Shown piece by piece: positions 36,321-46,481 of a DNA stretch of 64,000 nt. Position numbers and translations under genes: made by a program. The notes below the pieces were generated by a model. The model was not told the origin of the DNA. It saw nothing but the letters and a program-made list of their open reading frames with translations, and made no database searches. Within the stretch, counting starts at the first letter, position 1. The number at the start of each line of letters is the position of its first letter. The DNA comes from Bacillota bacterium (GTDB taxonomy: Bacteria > Sysuimicrobiota > Sysuimicrobiia > Sysuimicrobiales > Segetimicrobiaceae): NCBI GenBank assembly GCA_021324975.1, contig JAJPIA010000101.1, positions 13,924 to 77,923 on the forward strand, given 5' to 3'.

Positions 36321-37601
36321 GTGGCGGGACCCACGAGCATTATCAAGGCGGGGTTGCTGATCGACGGGCGCGGCGGGCCGCCGCAGCGCGACATGGCGGT
36401 CATCGTCGAGGGCAACCGCATCACGGACGTACGCCCGGCCGCCACGCTCGAGCCGGTGGGCGATCGCATCGTGGTGTACGATCACCCGGCGTGCACACTC
36501 CTGCCAGGGCTCATCGATGCGCACGACCACATCGCACACTTGGGGCTGGACCTCCGGCGGCGCATGAACACCGCGCCCAGCCTGGCTGTATTGCAAACGG
36601 GCCGGTGGGCGACGGAGACGCTGCTGGCGGGCATCACCACGTTTCGCGATGCCGCCGGCGCGGATCTCGGCCTCAAGATGGCGATCGACCAAGGCGTCAT
36701 CCCGGGGCCGCGGATGTTCTTGAGCCTCGTGATCATCACGCAGACGGGCGGTCACGGCGACCTGACCCAGCCGTGCGGCTTGGCTTCCGACTTCCCGCAC
36801 CTGCCCGGCATCCCGGACGGCATCGCCGACGGCCCGGACGAGTGCCGGAAAAAGGTGCGCGAGGTCATCCGGCTGGGCGCCGACTGGATCAAGATTGCCA
36901 CCACGGGCGGCGTGGGCTCCCCCCGCGGGGGGCCGTCGACCCGGCAGTTCACGCTGGAGGAGCTCCGGGCGATGGTGGACGAGGCGCACGCGGCCGGTAA
37001 AGGCGTGATGGTGCATGCGCACGGCGGCGACGGGATCAAGATCTGCCTGGAGGCGGGGGTGGACTCGATCGAGCACGCGGCCGTCGCCGAGGAAGCGGAC
37101 ATCGAGCGCATGGCCCGGCTCGGCATCTGGCTCGTCCCGACGCTGAGCGTCACGGCCAGGATGAAGGAGCGCCTCGACGCGGATCCGCAGTCGTTGCCCT
37201 GGTACACCGCCGCGAAGCTGCCGACCGTGCTGCAGACCCAGCGGCGCAACTTTCGCCACGCGCTGGAGTGCGGCGTCAAGATCGCGATGGGGACGGACGC
37301 CGGCGCGCTCGGGCACGCGGAGAACGCCCGGGAGCTCGTCTACATGACCGACAGCGGCATGACGCCGATGCAGTCGATCGTGGCGTCCACGAGCATGGCG
37401 GCCAAGCTGCTCGGCATGGGGGACGTGCTCGGCGCCGTCGCCCCCGGGATGCTCGCGGACCTCATCCTGGTTGACGGGGATCCGCTCGCCGACATCCGCG
37501 TCGTGGCGGACCCGCAGCGTATCAAGCTCGTGATGAAGGACGGGGTCCTGTATAAAGCACCGGCATCCCTGCGGGCCGGGGCGCTGACGGGGAGGGCATA
37601 G
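36321..37601 (+). CDS. amidohydrolase family metallo-hydrolase (imidazolonepropionase/prolidase-like)
   Basis: HxH metal-binding motif LIDAHDHIAH, then HAHG and IEHA motifs, and an N-terminal composite beta-domain. Confidence 0.85.
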   Translation: MAGPTSIIKAGLLIDGRGGPPQRDMAVIVEGNRITDVRPAATLEPVGDRIVVYDHPACTLLPGLIDAHDHIAHLGLDLRRRMNTAPSLAVLQTGRWATETLLAGITTFRDAAGADLGLKMAIDQGVIPGPRMFLSLVIITQTGGHGDLTQPCGLASDFPHLPGIPDGIADGPDECRKKVREVIRLGADWIKIATTGGVGSPRGGPSTRQFTLEELRAMVDEAHAAGKGVMVHAHGGDGIKICLEAGVDSIEHAAVAEEADIERMARLGIWLVPTLSVTARMKERLDADPQSLPWYTAAKLPTVLQTQRRNFRHALECGVKIAMGTDAGALGHAENARELVYMTDSGMTPMQSIVASTSMAAKLLGMGDVLGAVAPGMLADLILVDGDPLADIRVVADPQRIKLVMKDGVLYKAPASLRAGALTGRA

Positions 37602-37602
37602 C

Positions 37603-38469
37603 ATGCGCAAGTGGAGCCTCGCGCTCATGAGCTATAAGGAGATTGCCGCGATCCCGAAGGCGCGATCCGTCCTGCTCCTGCCGATCGGCTGCGTCGAACA
37701 GCACGGTCCGGCCGGCTTCACCGGCGCGGACACCATCCTCGCAGAGTACGTGTGCCGGCACACTGCCGAAGCGCTGGAGCACGTCTACGTCGCGCCGCCC
37801 CTGTGGTTCGGGTACACGCCCTATACCGCATTCCCCGGCACGGTCACGCTCCGGCTCGAGACGCTGCGCGCGGTGATCCAGGACGTCCTCGATGGATACT
37901 TCTCTCACGGCTTTCGCCATTTTGTCCTCGTCAACAACCACGGCCCGAACGAGGCTGCGATCGAGCCGGTCGCGAGAGAGATGCAGCAGCGGCACGGACT
38001 GATCCTCAGCATCCTCTACCCGTGGCAGCTCGCCTACCACGTCGCGCGTGACATCACGCCCGATGCCGACCAGGTGTACGGGCACGGGGGCGAGCCGACG
38101 ATCTCGGTCATGATGGCGCTGGCGCCCGAGGCCGTCACCCGGGACGGACATCCTGAGCGCCGCGGGTACGTGCCGAGCGACGGTCCCATCGCGGTCACCT
38201 CCTACCGTGGCGCAAGATTCCAGGGATTTGAGGTGGGGCTGTTCAGCGACGTGACGACGGTGCTTCCGAGCGGCGCCAGCGGGGAGTGGACGGTCGCCTC
38301 CGAGCAGCGCGGGCGGCAGATCCTGGAGCGCCTGGTCGCGTACGCCCGCGAGTTCGTGCCGGCGTACCTGCGCCTGAGTCAGGAAGCGCAGCGGCGGCAC
38401 GGTTCGGCTGAGAAGGCAACGGGCGCACCGGGGCGCGGCCGGGGGAGATTGCCGCCTGTGATCGAATGA
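37603..38469 (+). CDS. creatininase (creatinine amidohydrolase) family protein
   Basis: Motifs LLPIGCVEQHGP, VNNHGPN and GHGGE. Confidence 0.85.
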   Translation: MRKWSLALMSYKEIAAIPKARSVLLLPIGCVEQHGPAGFTGADTILAEYVCRHTAEALEHVYVAPPLWFGYTPYTAFPGTVTLRLETLRAVIQDVLDGYFSHGFRHFVLVNNHGPNEAAIEPVAREMQQRHGLILSILYPWQLAYHVARDITPDADQVYGHGGEPTISVMMALAPEAVTRDGHPERRGYVPSDGPIAVTSYRGARFQGFEVGLFSDVTTVLPSGASGEWTVASEQRGRQILERLVAYAREFVPAYLRLSQEAQRRHGSAEKATGAPGRGRGRLPPVIE

Positions 38470-38539
38470 CCACGTAGCGGGAACCGGGCCGCGCACAAGG
38501 GAGACGCCGGATCTGCCGCGCCGTACGAGGAGGTGGGCA

Positions 38540-39352
38540 TTGCCAAAGCACCGGCTGGACGAGATGTCCTGGAAAGAGGCCGAGGAGGCGTTCAAGCGGT
38601 CGGACACGGTTGTCATGGCGGTGGGCACACTCCACTCCCACGGCCCCACGCCGATCGGGATCGACACGAGCTCGGTTGCGCGGATCGCGGACGAGGTGGG
38701 CAAGCGCACCGGCCTCGTTACGCTGCCGCCCATGCCCTACGGTGAGAACGACAAGATGGCGCTCTATCCCGGGTCGATCACCATCAGCCCCGACGTGATC
38801 GAAGGCGTGTATACCGACATCTGTGAGAGCCTCTGCCGGAACGGCGTGCGCAAGGTGATCTTTCTCAACGGCCACGGCGGGAATCGCGAACCCCTGACCC
38901 GCACCGGCCGCAACGTACGGGAGCTCGGCATGCTCATCGCCGTCCTGGAGTGGTGGAACATCGGCAAAAAGATCGCGCCGAACGCCTTCCCGGAAGGCAC
39001 CCATATCTGGGAGCTCGCCGTGGCCTTGGCCGTCGGCGGGACAGAGGTCGCGGACGTGCGCTCCGGCGGCTACAAAGGCGAGTGGGGCGCCAACCCGCCG
39101 CTGCGGCCCCTCTTCGGGGACAAGATCAAACCGCTCGGCTTCAGCAATTTCGAATACCGCGGCGCGCCCGTGATCATCCCCGTGGATTCCTGGGACGTGG
39201 ACGTGGAGAGCCCGCCCGAGATCGACAAGGCGTCCCTCGAGGCGCTCAGGCGCCGTGGCGAGGAGTCGATCGAACGCATCGTCGAGCACATCGTCGCGTT
39301 CGTCCGGGACTTCGAGAAGCTGGATCCGGCGAAAGCGCTGCGGGCCGACTAG
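38540..39352 (+). CDS. creatininase family protein (paralog)
   Basis: AVGTLHSHGP and FLNGHGGN motifs; a divergent tandem paralog of the previous gene. Confidence 0.8.
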   Translation: MPKHRLDEMSWKEAEEAFKRSDTVVMAVGTLHSHGPTPIGIDTSSVARIADEVGKRTGLVTLPPMPYGENDKMALYPGSITISPDVIEGVYTDICESLCRNGVRKVIFLNGHGGNREPLTRTGRNVRELGMLIAVLEWWNIGKKIAPNAFPEGTHIWELAVALAVGGTEVADVRSGGYKGEWGANPPLRPLFGDKIKPLGFSNFEYRGAPVIIPVDSWDVDVESPPEIDKASLEALRRRGEESIERIVEHIVAFVRDFEKLDPAKALRAD

Positions 39353-39394
39353 CGGCGGCCTCGGCAGCGGGCCCGCGGGGAGGATCGGCCCTAC

Positions 39395-40882
39395 GTGCCT
39401 CGGCGCGGCGGCAGCAGGCGAACGTCCACCCACGGTCACCGGCAGGTTGCGGCCGGGCCAGACGCGGCGACCACTGCGTACCCGCTCACGTTCGACCGGG
39501 GCTCGTTGCGCCTGGACGCGCCGGAGTCCGCCAGGGTCCCGGCGTACCTCGTCTGGGATTCAAGAGTTCAGGCATGGCGCACCGAGGCGTTTCGGCACTT
39601 TCGCCTCAAGGAAGACGCCGCTGCATACCACATCGACGTCGCGGACGAGGCCGAGCAGTTCTTCCCCTGCCCCTCGCTCACCGTCACCTTGCCGCCCCTC
39701 AGGCCGGATCAAGAGGCCGCGATCAGCGCGTGGGAACGCGCGGGGTGCCGTGGGGTTGTGGTCAAGCCAACCGGCACCGGCAAGACAGAGATCGCCCTCG
39801 CGATCGCGGCCAGACACCGATGCTCGACGCTCGTGGTCGCACCGCTACGTGATTTGATGTACCAGTGGCAACGGCGAATCAAACACAGCCTCGGCGTCGA
39901 CGCGGGCGTGCTGGGCGATGGGCGGCGCGAGATCTGGCCGATTACCGTCACCACGTATGACAGCGCCTGGATCCACATGAAGACGATCGGAAACCGGTAC
40001 CGGCTGATCGTGTACGACGAGGCCCACCATCTACCTGGGCAAACGCTTCACGAGAGCGCCCTTGACTGCCTGGCGCCGTTGCGCCTCGGTCTTACGGCAA
40101 CGCCGGAGCGTGCGGATGGCAGAGACCGCCTGCTGGATACCCTCATCGGGCCGTGCGTGTACGAAGAGCGCATCCGCGACGCCCGCGGGCGAACCGTGGC
40201 CGGGTACTCGATCGTTCGTGTGCCCATCTACCTCACCGAGTCCGAACAGGCGGAATACGACCGATTGTCGAGACGGATCCGCGGATATGTGGCAAAGCGT
40301 CGCCGTGAGGGCGGACGCTTTGACTGGAAAGAGGATATCGCCAAGTTGTCGCGGACCGACCCAGAGGCGAAGGACGTCATGCAATGCTACCACCGCAAAC
40401 TCGCGCTGGCGCACCGGTCCGCCGAGAAGCTGCGCGTGATGGAGGATATCTTCCGCCTGCACCCCGCCGAGCAGTGCGTCATATTCACGGCGTCGAATCG
40501 CATGGCGCTGGATGTATCCGTGAGGTTCCTCATTCCGGCGCTGACGGCCCACTCGGACAAGCGCGAGCGAAACGCGATCCTGGACCTTTTCGCGCAGGGA
40601 AAGATTCGGGCCCTCGCTGCCTGCGAAGTTCTCAACGAGGGGTGGGACGCCCCCGGGGTCAAGATCGGGGTCGTCCTCGGCGGCGAGAAGGGGACGCGGG
40701 AGGCGACCCAGCGGCTGGGCCGCCTTCTGCGGAAGTTTGGCGACCGCGCGGCCAGGTTGTACGAAGTCATCGTCGAGGAGACGTCCGACCAGCGCCGAGC
40801 GCGGCAGCGTACCAGGACCGATGCTTACCAAGGCGCACCGCGTCTATCACTGGGACAGGCTCAGCAACTCGATCTTCTCTGA
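39395..40882 (+). CDS. SF2 DEAD/DEAH-box helicase, XPB/Ssl2-like
   Basis: Walker A VVKPTGTGKTEIAL, DEAH (LIVYDEAHHL), TATPER, helicase C-terminal motifs, and an N-terminal region compatible with a damage-recognition domain. Confidence 0.8.
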   Translation: MPRRGGSRRTSTHGHRQVAAGPDAATTAYPLTFDRGSLRLDAPESARVPAYLVWDSRVQAWRTEAFRHFRLKEDAAAYHIDVADEAEQFFPCPSLTVTLPPLRPDQEAAISAWERAGCRGVVVKPTGTGKTEIALAIAARHRCSTLVVAPLRDLMYQWQRRIKHSLGVDAGVLGDGRREIWPITVTTYDSAWIHMKTIGNRYRLIVYDEAHHLPGQTLHESALDCLAPLRLGLTATPERADGRDRLLDTLIGPCVYEERIRDARGRTVAGYSIVRVPIYLTESEQAEYDRLSRRIRGYVAKRRREGGRFDWKEDIAKLSRTDPEAKDVMQCYHRKLALAHRSAEKLRVMEDIFRLHPAEQCVIFTASNRMALDVSVRFLIPALTAHSDKRERNAILDLFAQGKIRALAACEVLNEGWDAPGVKIGVVLGGEKGTREATQRLGRLLRKFGDRAARLYEVIVEETSDQRRARQRTRTDAYQGAPRLSLGQAQQLDLL

Positions 40883-42026
40883 CCGGTTGGAGGAGGACTG
40901 CGTCCCGCTCCTCGCACGGGGCATCGCCGTGTACCGCGCCCGCATCGGAGACCGGCTCGGGCTGGTACGCAATGCGGCGCGCACGGTCCTCCAGGGACTC
41001 CGCCCAGATCGAATCGAGGCGGCGATCGACCTCCTCGACGAGGTCGCAACCTACGAGTGGCCGCGGGGCGGGCGCCAGGGCGACGAGAGGGTCAAGATCT
41101 TCGCGGCCGCCGCGGACGCCCATCCGCTCCTCGATCCAGAATCCCGGGGAGCCATACTGGGACCGGCGCTTGGCGAATCGGTCTTCCCCGACGGCGGGCT
41201 CACGGCGCGCCTCTACGCCGATTATCCGGAGTTTCATCGACTGACGGCGTTTCCGGAAACCTACTCCGCGGCGGATCTGCGCGATGACTACGACCTGGCG
41301 CAGGCTCAGGCGCTTCTCTACGACGCCACCGCCGTCGAGGTCGATGCCGGGGCCGATCTGAAGCATATCGTCCAGTACGCGCGGCTCTCGCGTCTGCTCC
41401 ATCGCCTCGAGCGACTCGCCGACGGCCGGTATCGGCTGTCGTTCGACGGGCCGAACTCCGTCCTCCGCCGAACGCACGCCTATGGAGTCGATTTCGCGAA
41501 ATTTCTGGCGGCCCTCGTCCAGGCGCGCGACTGGCAGATCACGGCCAGGGTCGCGATCCACGCACGCGCGCGGCCGGCGCTGTACCGGCTCTCGTCCAAG
41601 GACGGCCTGCGGTCGCGGCTGGCGCCGCCCTCGCTCTTCGATTCGGACCTCGAGGAAAAGTTCGCCGAGAAGTTCGGCGCCGTCCGCAATGACTGGCGCC
41701 TCGGCCGAGAGACGATGCTGCTGGAAGCGGGGACGTCACTCCTCGTGCCGGACTTTTCCTTCCGCCACGCGGACGGGACAGAGGTCGCGATGGAGATCGT
41801 CGGGTATTGGACGCCGGAGTATCTCGCGAGGAAATTCCGCAAATTGGCGGTGATCCACGGCGTCAATCTAATCGTGGCCGTACGCCGTCAGTGGGCGCTT
41901 GCGGCCGGCGACCCGCCTCCGTGGGTGCTGCCGTTCAAGACCGCCATTCTGCTGAAGGACCTGATGCCGCGTCTTGAGGCATTTCGGCGACAAGCGCCAC
42001 GCCTCGGGCGCCCTCGAGGGGATTGA
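40821..42026 (+). CDS. DUF790 family protein (Bax1-like nuclease partner of XPB-type helicases)
   Basis: ATG at 40821 (MLTKAHRVYHWDRL...); about 400 aa. Positional conservation with the helicase and a 62-nt overlap with it. Family assignment is from memory. Confidence 0.65.
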   Translation: MLTKAHRVYHWDRLSNSIFSDRLEEDCVPLLARGIAVYRARIGDRLGLVRNAARTVLQGLRPDRIEAAIDLLDEVATYEWPRGGRQGDERVKIFAAAADAHPLLDPESRGAILGPALGESVFPDGGLTARLYADYPEFHRLTAFPETYSAADLRDDYDLAQAQALLYDATAVEVDAGADLKHIVQYARLSRLLHRLERLADGRYRLSFDGPNSVLRRTHAYGVDFAKFLAALVQARDWQITARVAIHARARPALYRLSSKDGLRSRLAPPSLFDSDLEEKFAEKFGAVRNDWRLGRETMLLEAGTSLLVPDFSFRHADGTEVAMEIVGYWTPEYLARKFRKLAVIHGVNLIVAVRRQWALAAGDPPPWVLPFKTAILLKDLMPRLEAFRRQAPRLGRPRGD

Positions 42027-42082
42027 GCACCTTCAGGCCGGGGAACGCACGAACCCCTGGCCGCTCGTGCACAGCGTTCAAC

Positions 42083-42778
42083 TCAGGTCTCCGTCGGCAT
42101 GTGCAGGTACATCGACTGCAGCGCGATGCGCCCCGGCCCCGTGAAGCGGTTCCAGCACAGGCTGCCGGCGCTCGCGAAGAGGCCGGTCGAGATCTTCTGG
42201 AAGAGCGTCTGCATCTGCACGGTGCGGTCCTTGTAGATCCAGCCGCCGGGCTCGATGTCGATCTGCTCGCGGGCGCCGAGCGTCAGCGTGAAGACGTTGC
42301 CGTAGCCGTGCAGCCAGAGAATCCCATCCGAGCGGGTGCACGTAAAGGTGTCGATAAAGAAGCCCGTTCCGCCGAGCAGGATATTCGCCACGCCTTTGAC
42401 GCGGTTGAACGTATAGTCCAGGGGATCGGTGGCGGCGAGGAACTGATGCTCGCGGACGTCGACCGCCTCCCCCGGCTTCATGTGGAGCGCGAAGACGTGC
42501 CCCGCCCCATCCCGGCTGAACGCGATGCGGCCCGCGCCCTGCGTCTGGGTGACGAACACGGGCATCCCGGAGAGGACCCGCCGCACCGCGCCCCGGAGCG
42601 GCTTGATCGCAATAGCGACGGACGGGTCCTTCCACAAGAGAATATGGTGCTCGAAGTACACCGGGACGGTCCCGAGCTCGACGTGCAGCACGGGCACCAG
42701 CTCGCCTTCGATGTGGTACGTGACGCCGCCGTAGGTCTCGTCCCGCGCCTGGGTCGGAAGCAGCGACGGTACCGGCAT
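42083..42778 (-). CDS. AIM24/DUF124 (TIGR00266) family protein
   Basis: GGVTYHIEGELVPVLHVELG...FEHHILLW...GTGFFIDTF motifs. ATG at 42778 with a GGGGGGTG RBS. Confidence 0.8.
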   Translation of the reverse strand: MPVPSLLPTQARDETYGGVTYHIEGELVPVLHVELGTVPVYFEHHILLWKDPSVAIAIKPLRGAVRRVLSGMPVFVTQTQGAGRIAFSRDGAGHVFALHMKPGEAVDVREHQFLAATDPLDYTFNRVKGVANILLGGTGFFIDTFTCTRSDGILWLHGYGNVFTLTLGAREQIDIEPGGWIYKDRTVQMQTLFQKISTGLFASAGSLCWNRFTGPGRIALQSMYLHMPTET

Positions 42779-42931
42779 GTCGGACACCCCCCATGAGCAT
42801 CGGTTGATCGCACAGTCTTATGGCCATGTTGGCGCACGTATAGACCAAGCCGCGCGGGCGCACAGGCGGTGCAGGGCCGCGGGTACGACCCGGGCCACAC
42901 CGGGAAAAATGACGGTATCAATCGGGCTTCG

Positions 42932-43714
42932 ATGGCCCGGCACGGAGTGATCGAGACGAGATCGACGGGTGTGCATCGCGTGCTGGCCGCCGCCATCGTG
43001 ATCGCCGCCGTGGCGTCCGCATGGAGCGGGCTCGCGCCGAGGCCGGCAGCGGCGCTGCCCGTGGCCGACACCGGCGTGCTCCGGCCGGTGTTCGCCCGCC
43101 TGCTCGGACACCCATCCGTCCTGCGCATCGACGCGGTGCCCGATTTGTACCGGGGCGGCTACGCCCGCATCAGCGTCTATGCGGAGAACGCCAGCGTCGA
43201 CCGGATCCGGATCGACCAAACCTGGATCCGCCTCACCGGCGCGAGCCTCGATCCAAGCAAGCTCCGGCACGGCGCGCTGCGCGTCCTCAGCCTGCGGGGC
43301 AGCGCCGTGTACACGCGCGTCAGCCGCGCGAACGTGGAAGACTATCTGGACCGCCTGGGGCTGGCGAAGCACATCAAAGTGACGGGCGCGGGACAGTCGA
43401 TCATCGTCCAGGGCACCGTCTCCCGGCAAGGCGTGGATCTGCCGCTCCGGCTGCAGGGCGTCTTTGCCGTGAAGGACACGCCGGAGCTGTTCTTCCATAT
43501 CGAGCGGATCACCGTGAACTCGATGCCCGTGCCCACCCTGCAGATCGATCAGCTCGAGCGCCGGTTCAACCCCGTGCTTGACTTTCGGAAGTGGCCGGTG
43601 CAGTTTCCGATCCGGGTGTTCCGCGCAACGGCCGACGGCTTTGTGCTGAGCAGTCTGACCGACGCGACGTCGCTGTGCGATGGGTGTGGCAGCACCGCGC
43701 CCCGGGGGCTGTGA
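42932..43714 (+). CDS. hypothetical secreted protein
   Basis: Signal-like HRVLAAAIVIAAVASAWSGLA and a beta-rich body. The start is uncertain (ATG at 42932 or GTG at 42971). Confidence 0.45.
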   Translation: MARHGVIETRSTGVHRVLAAAIVIAAVASAWSGLAPRPAAALPVADTGVLRPVFARLLGHPSVLRIDAVPDLYRGGYARISVYAENASVDRIRIDQTWIRLTGASLDPSKLRHGALRVLSLRGSAVYTRVSRANVEDYLDRLGLAKHIKVTGAGQSIIVQGTVSRQGVDLPLRLQGVFAVKDTPELFFHIERITVNSMPVPTLQIDQLERRFNPVLDFRKWPVQFPIRVFRATADGFVLSSLTDATSLCDGCGSTAPRGL

Positions 43715-43718
43715 GGCG

Positions 43719-44534
43719 TCAGGCCTCGCCGATCTGCCCGTAATAGGCGTCCACGCTCGGCCCCTGCACGGCCAGTTTGCCCGCGGAGTACCCCCCATCC
43801 ACGCAGAGCACCTGGCCGGTGATAAACCGCGCGCGGTCGGAGGCAAAGAACAGCACCGCGTCGGCGATCTCGTCGGGCGTGGCGAGCCGGCCGAGCGGCA
43901 CCTGCGCGATGAACGCCCGCTGGTACTCGGGCGTCTGGGTCGACTGCGAGATGCCGCCGATATCCGTCAGGCCGGGAGACACCACGTTGACCGTCACCCC
44001 GTGGCGGCCCATTTCCATCGCGAGCACGCGCGCGAGCTGAATCTCTCCGGCTTTCGAGGCCGCGTGCGGACCGCCCCGCACGCGCGCGTTGTTCCCGGAC
44101 GTCGACCCGATCAGGACGATCCGCCCGCCCTGTCCCTGCGCAATCAGCCGCCGCCCCACGGCCCGGCTCAGCACAAACGCGCCCCGCAGCTGCACGTCGA
44201 GCTGCAGATCCCATTCCTCGTCGGTCAGATCCACGATCTCCTTGTGCACGCCCACGCCGGCGCCGTGCACGAGGATGTCGATCCGCCCGCACTCCGCGAC
44301 CGCGCGGTCGACCATCGCATCGACCTGGGCGCTCCGGCGGACGTCCGTGCGCACGAACCGCACGTCGCAGCCCCGCCCCACGAGCTCCCGGACACGCGCC
44401 TGCGCCCGCGCCTCATCGATGTCGGCGATCACGGCCCGCGCGCCCTCCTCGGCGAGCCGCTGCAGGATGACGCTCGAGATGCCCTGCGCCGCCCCGGATA
44501 CGATGGCCACCTTGCCGGCGAACGTTTCGCCCAT
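43719..44534 (-). CDS. SDR family oxidoreductase
   Basis: GKVAIVSGAAQGIS, HGAG, and a catalytic-tetrad region ASKAG. Confidence 0.9.
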   Translation of the reverse strand: MGETFAGKVAIVSGAAQGISSVILQRLAEEGARAVIADIDEARAQARVRELVGRGCDVRFVRTDVRRSAQVDAMVDRAVAECGRIDILVHGAGVGVHKEIVDLTDEEWDLQLDVQLRGAFVLSRAVGRRLIAQGQGGRIVLIGSTSGNNARVRGGPHAASKAGEIQLARVLAMEMGRHGVTVNVVSPGLTDIGGISQSTQTPEYQRAFIAQVPLGRLATPDEIADAVLFFASDRARFITGQVLCVDGGYSAGKLAVQGPSVDAYYGQIGEA

Positions 44535-44574
44535 TGCCGCCTCCCGGTAGAGGACTCGGGCCGCTATCCGGCCG

Positions 44575-45444
44575 CTACAGTTTCAAGCGCGGGTCGAGGG
44601 CGTCCCGCAGACCGTCCCCGAACAGATTGATCGCGAGCACGATCGTGACGATGGCGAGGCCCGGGAACGTGGACAGCCACCACGCCGTGCTCATGAACGA
44701 CCGCCCCTCGCTCAGCATGGCGCCCCAGTCCGGCGTGGGCGGCCGGATGCCGAGCCCGAGGAAGCTGAGCGCGGCGCCCGAGATGATCGCCCCCGGGATG
44801 CCGAGCGTCACGAGCACGATGACCGGCGCCAGCACGTTCGGCAGGACATGGCGGTAGATGATGCGCACGTCGCCGCACCCGGCGACGCGCGCGGCCTCCA
44901 CGTACTGCAGCTCCCGCACCGCGAGCGCGGAGCCGCGCACGACCCGGATGAACACCGGCATCCCGGAGATGCCGACCGCCACCATCGCGCTGCCGAGATT
45001 GGGGCCGAGCACGGCGATGATGACGAGGGCCAGCAGAATCCCCGGAAAGGCCAGCATGACGTCCACGACGCGCATGATGGTCATGTCGACGTTGCCGCCG
45101 TAGTATCCGGACAGCAGCCCGAGGATCGACCCCCCCGCGACGGAGATCGCGACGGCGACAAAGCCCATCGCGACCGAGACGCGCGCGCCGTAGATGATCC
45201 GGCTCAAGATGTCGCGGCCGAACTGATCCGTGCCGAGCCAGTGGTGGGCGCCCGGCGGCTCCAACGACTCGGAGACATTGAGGCCGATCGGATTGCCGGG
45301 GGCGAGCCGCGGCGCCGCCGCGGCCACCGCCACGATCAGCACAAACACGAGCCCGCCGGCCGCCGCGCCGCGGTTCTGCAGGAGCCGTGCCGCGGCATCG
45401 TGCCAGAGGCCGCGCGGTCGCCGGGCCGGACGGGTCGCCGTCAT
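44575..45444 (-). CDS. ABC transporter permease (DppC/OppC type)
   Basis: Six TM segments, the EAA loop and the C-terminus NLFGDGLRDALDPRLKL. ATG at 45444 with a 4-nt overlap with the upstream permease. Confidence 0.85.
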   Translation of the reverse strand: MTATRPARRPRGLWHDAAARLLQNRGAAAGGLVFVLIVAVAAAAPRLAPGNPIGLNVSESLEPPGAHHWLGTDQFGRDILSRIIYGARVSVAMGFVAVAISVAGGSILGLLSGYYGGNVDMTIMRVVDVMLAFPGILLALVIIAVLGPNLGSAMVAVGISGMPVFIRVVRGSALAVRELQYVEAARVAGCGDVRIIYRHVLPNVLAPVIVLVTLGIPGAIISGAALSFLGLGIRPPTPDWGAMLSEGRSFMSTAWWLSTFPGLAIVTIVLAINLFGDGLRDALDPRLKL

Positions 45445-46364
45445 TCGAAGCGGATCCTCGGGTCGATGAAGGCGTAGGAGAGGTCGACGAGCAGGTTCAT
45501 CGCGACGTAAATGAGCGCCAGGACCAAGATGACGCCCTGCACGGTCGGCAGGTCCTTGTTCTGGATGGAGTCGACGACCAGCTTGCCCAGGCCCGGCCGG
45601 GCGAAGATCGTCTCGGTAAGCACCGCCCCGCTCAAGAGCCCCCCAAACTGCAGCCCCATCGCGGTGATCACGGGGATCACCGCGTTCGGGAGCGCGTGCC
45701 GGAACACGACGATGGCGCCGCGGAGGCCCTTGGCCCGCGCAGTCGTGAGGTAGTCGAGCCGCAGCACCTCCAGCATGCTGGAGCGCATGAGCCGCGCGAG
45801 CGTGGCCGCCGACAGCAGGGCCAGGGACACCGCCGGCAGCACCAGCCCGCGCAGCCCGGGCTCGCTCGTCGCCGGCAGCCAGCCCAGCCGGAGCGAGAAC
45901 AGCATGATCAAGAGGAGCGCCAGCCAGAACACCGGGACCGATACGCCGAACAGGGCCACGACCATCGAAAGCGTGTCCACGGCCGTGCTCCGGTGCAGGG
46001 CGGAGACGAGGCCCAGGCCGAACCCCAGGACCACTGCAATGACCATCGCGGCGATAGCGAGTTCGAGGGTGTTGGGGAATCGCGTGGCGATCTCGACGGC
46101 GACCGGCCGGCTCGTCTGGAGCGACCGTCCGAGGTCGCCGTGCAGCGCGTGCCACGCGAAGTCCGCGTACTGGACGTACATCGGGCGGTCGAGTCCCATG
46201 ACGTGCCGGATCTGCGCGAGCCGCTCCGGCGACGCCGTCTGCTCGCCGATGTAGATGGACGCGGGGTCACCGGGGATGAGGAAGAGCATCAAGAACACGA
46301 CCATCGACGTCAGCACGACCGTCGGAACGGCGAGCAGGACCCGGCGGCGGACGTAGGTCAGCAT
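45441..46364 (-). CDS. ABC transporter permease (DppB/OppB type)
   Basis: MLTYVRRRVLLAVPTVVLTSMVVFLMLFLIPGDP is the canonical DppB N-terminus. Confidence 0.9.
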   Translation of the reverse strand: MLTYVRRRVLLAVPTVVLTSMVVFLMLFLIPGDPASIYIGEQTASPERLAQIRHVMGLDRPMYVQYADFAWHALHGDLGRSLQTSRPVAVEIATRFPNTLELAIAAMVIAVVLGFGLGLVSALHRSTAVDTLSMVVALFGVSVPVFWLALLLIMLFSLRLGWLPATSEPGLRGLVLPAVSLALLSAATLARLMRSSMLEVLRLDYLTTARAKGLRGAIVVFRHALPNAVIPVITAMGLQFGGLLSGAVLTETIFARPGLGKLVVDSIQNKDLPTVQGVILVLALIYVAMNLLVDLSYAFIDPRIRFE

Positions 46365-46481
46365 GCCTGTCCCACCGTCATCAGGGACTCATGGCGCGTG
46401 CTCGCGTGGCGGAGCGCCCGGCGGCGTGGGGGCCCGGCCATCCGGCCGGGCCCCCACGCGCGCGTCTTGTCCCCGCGCGCC

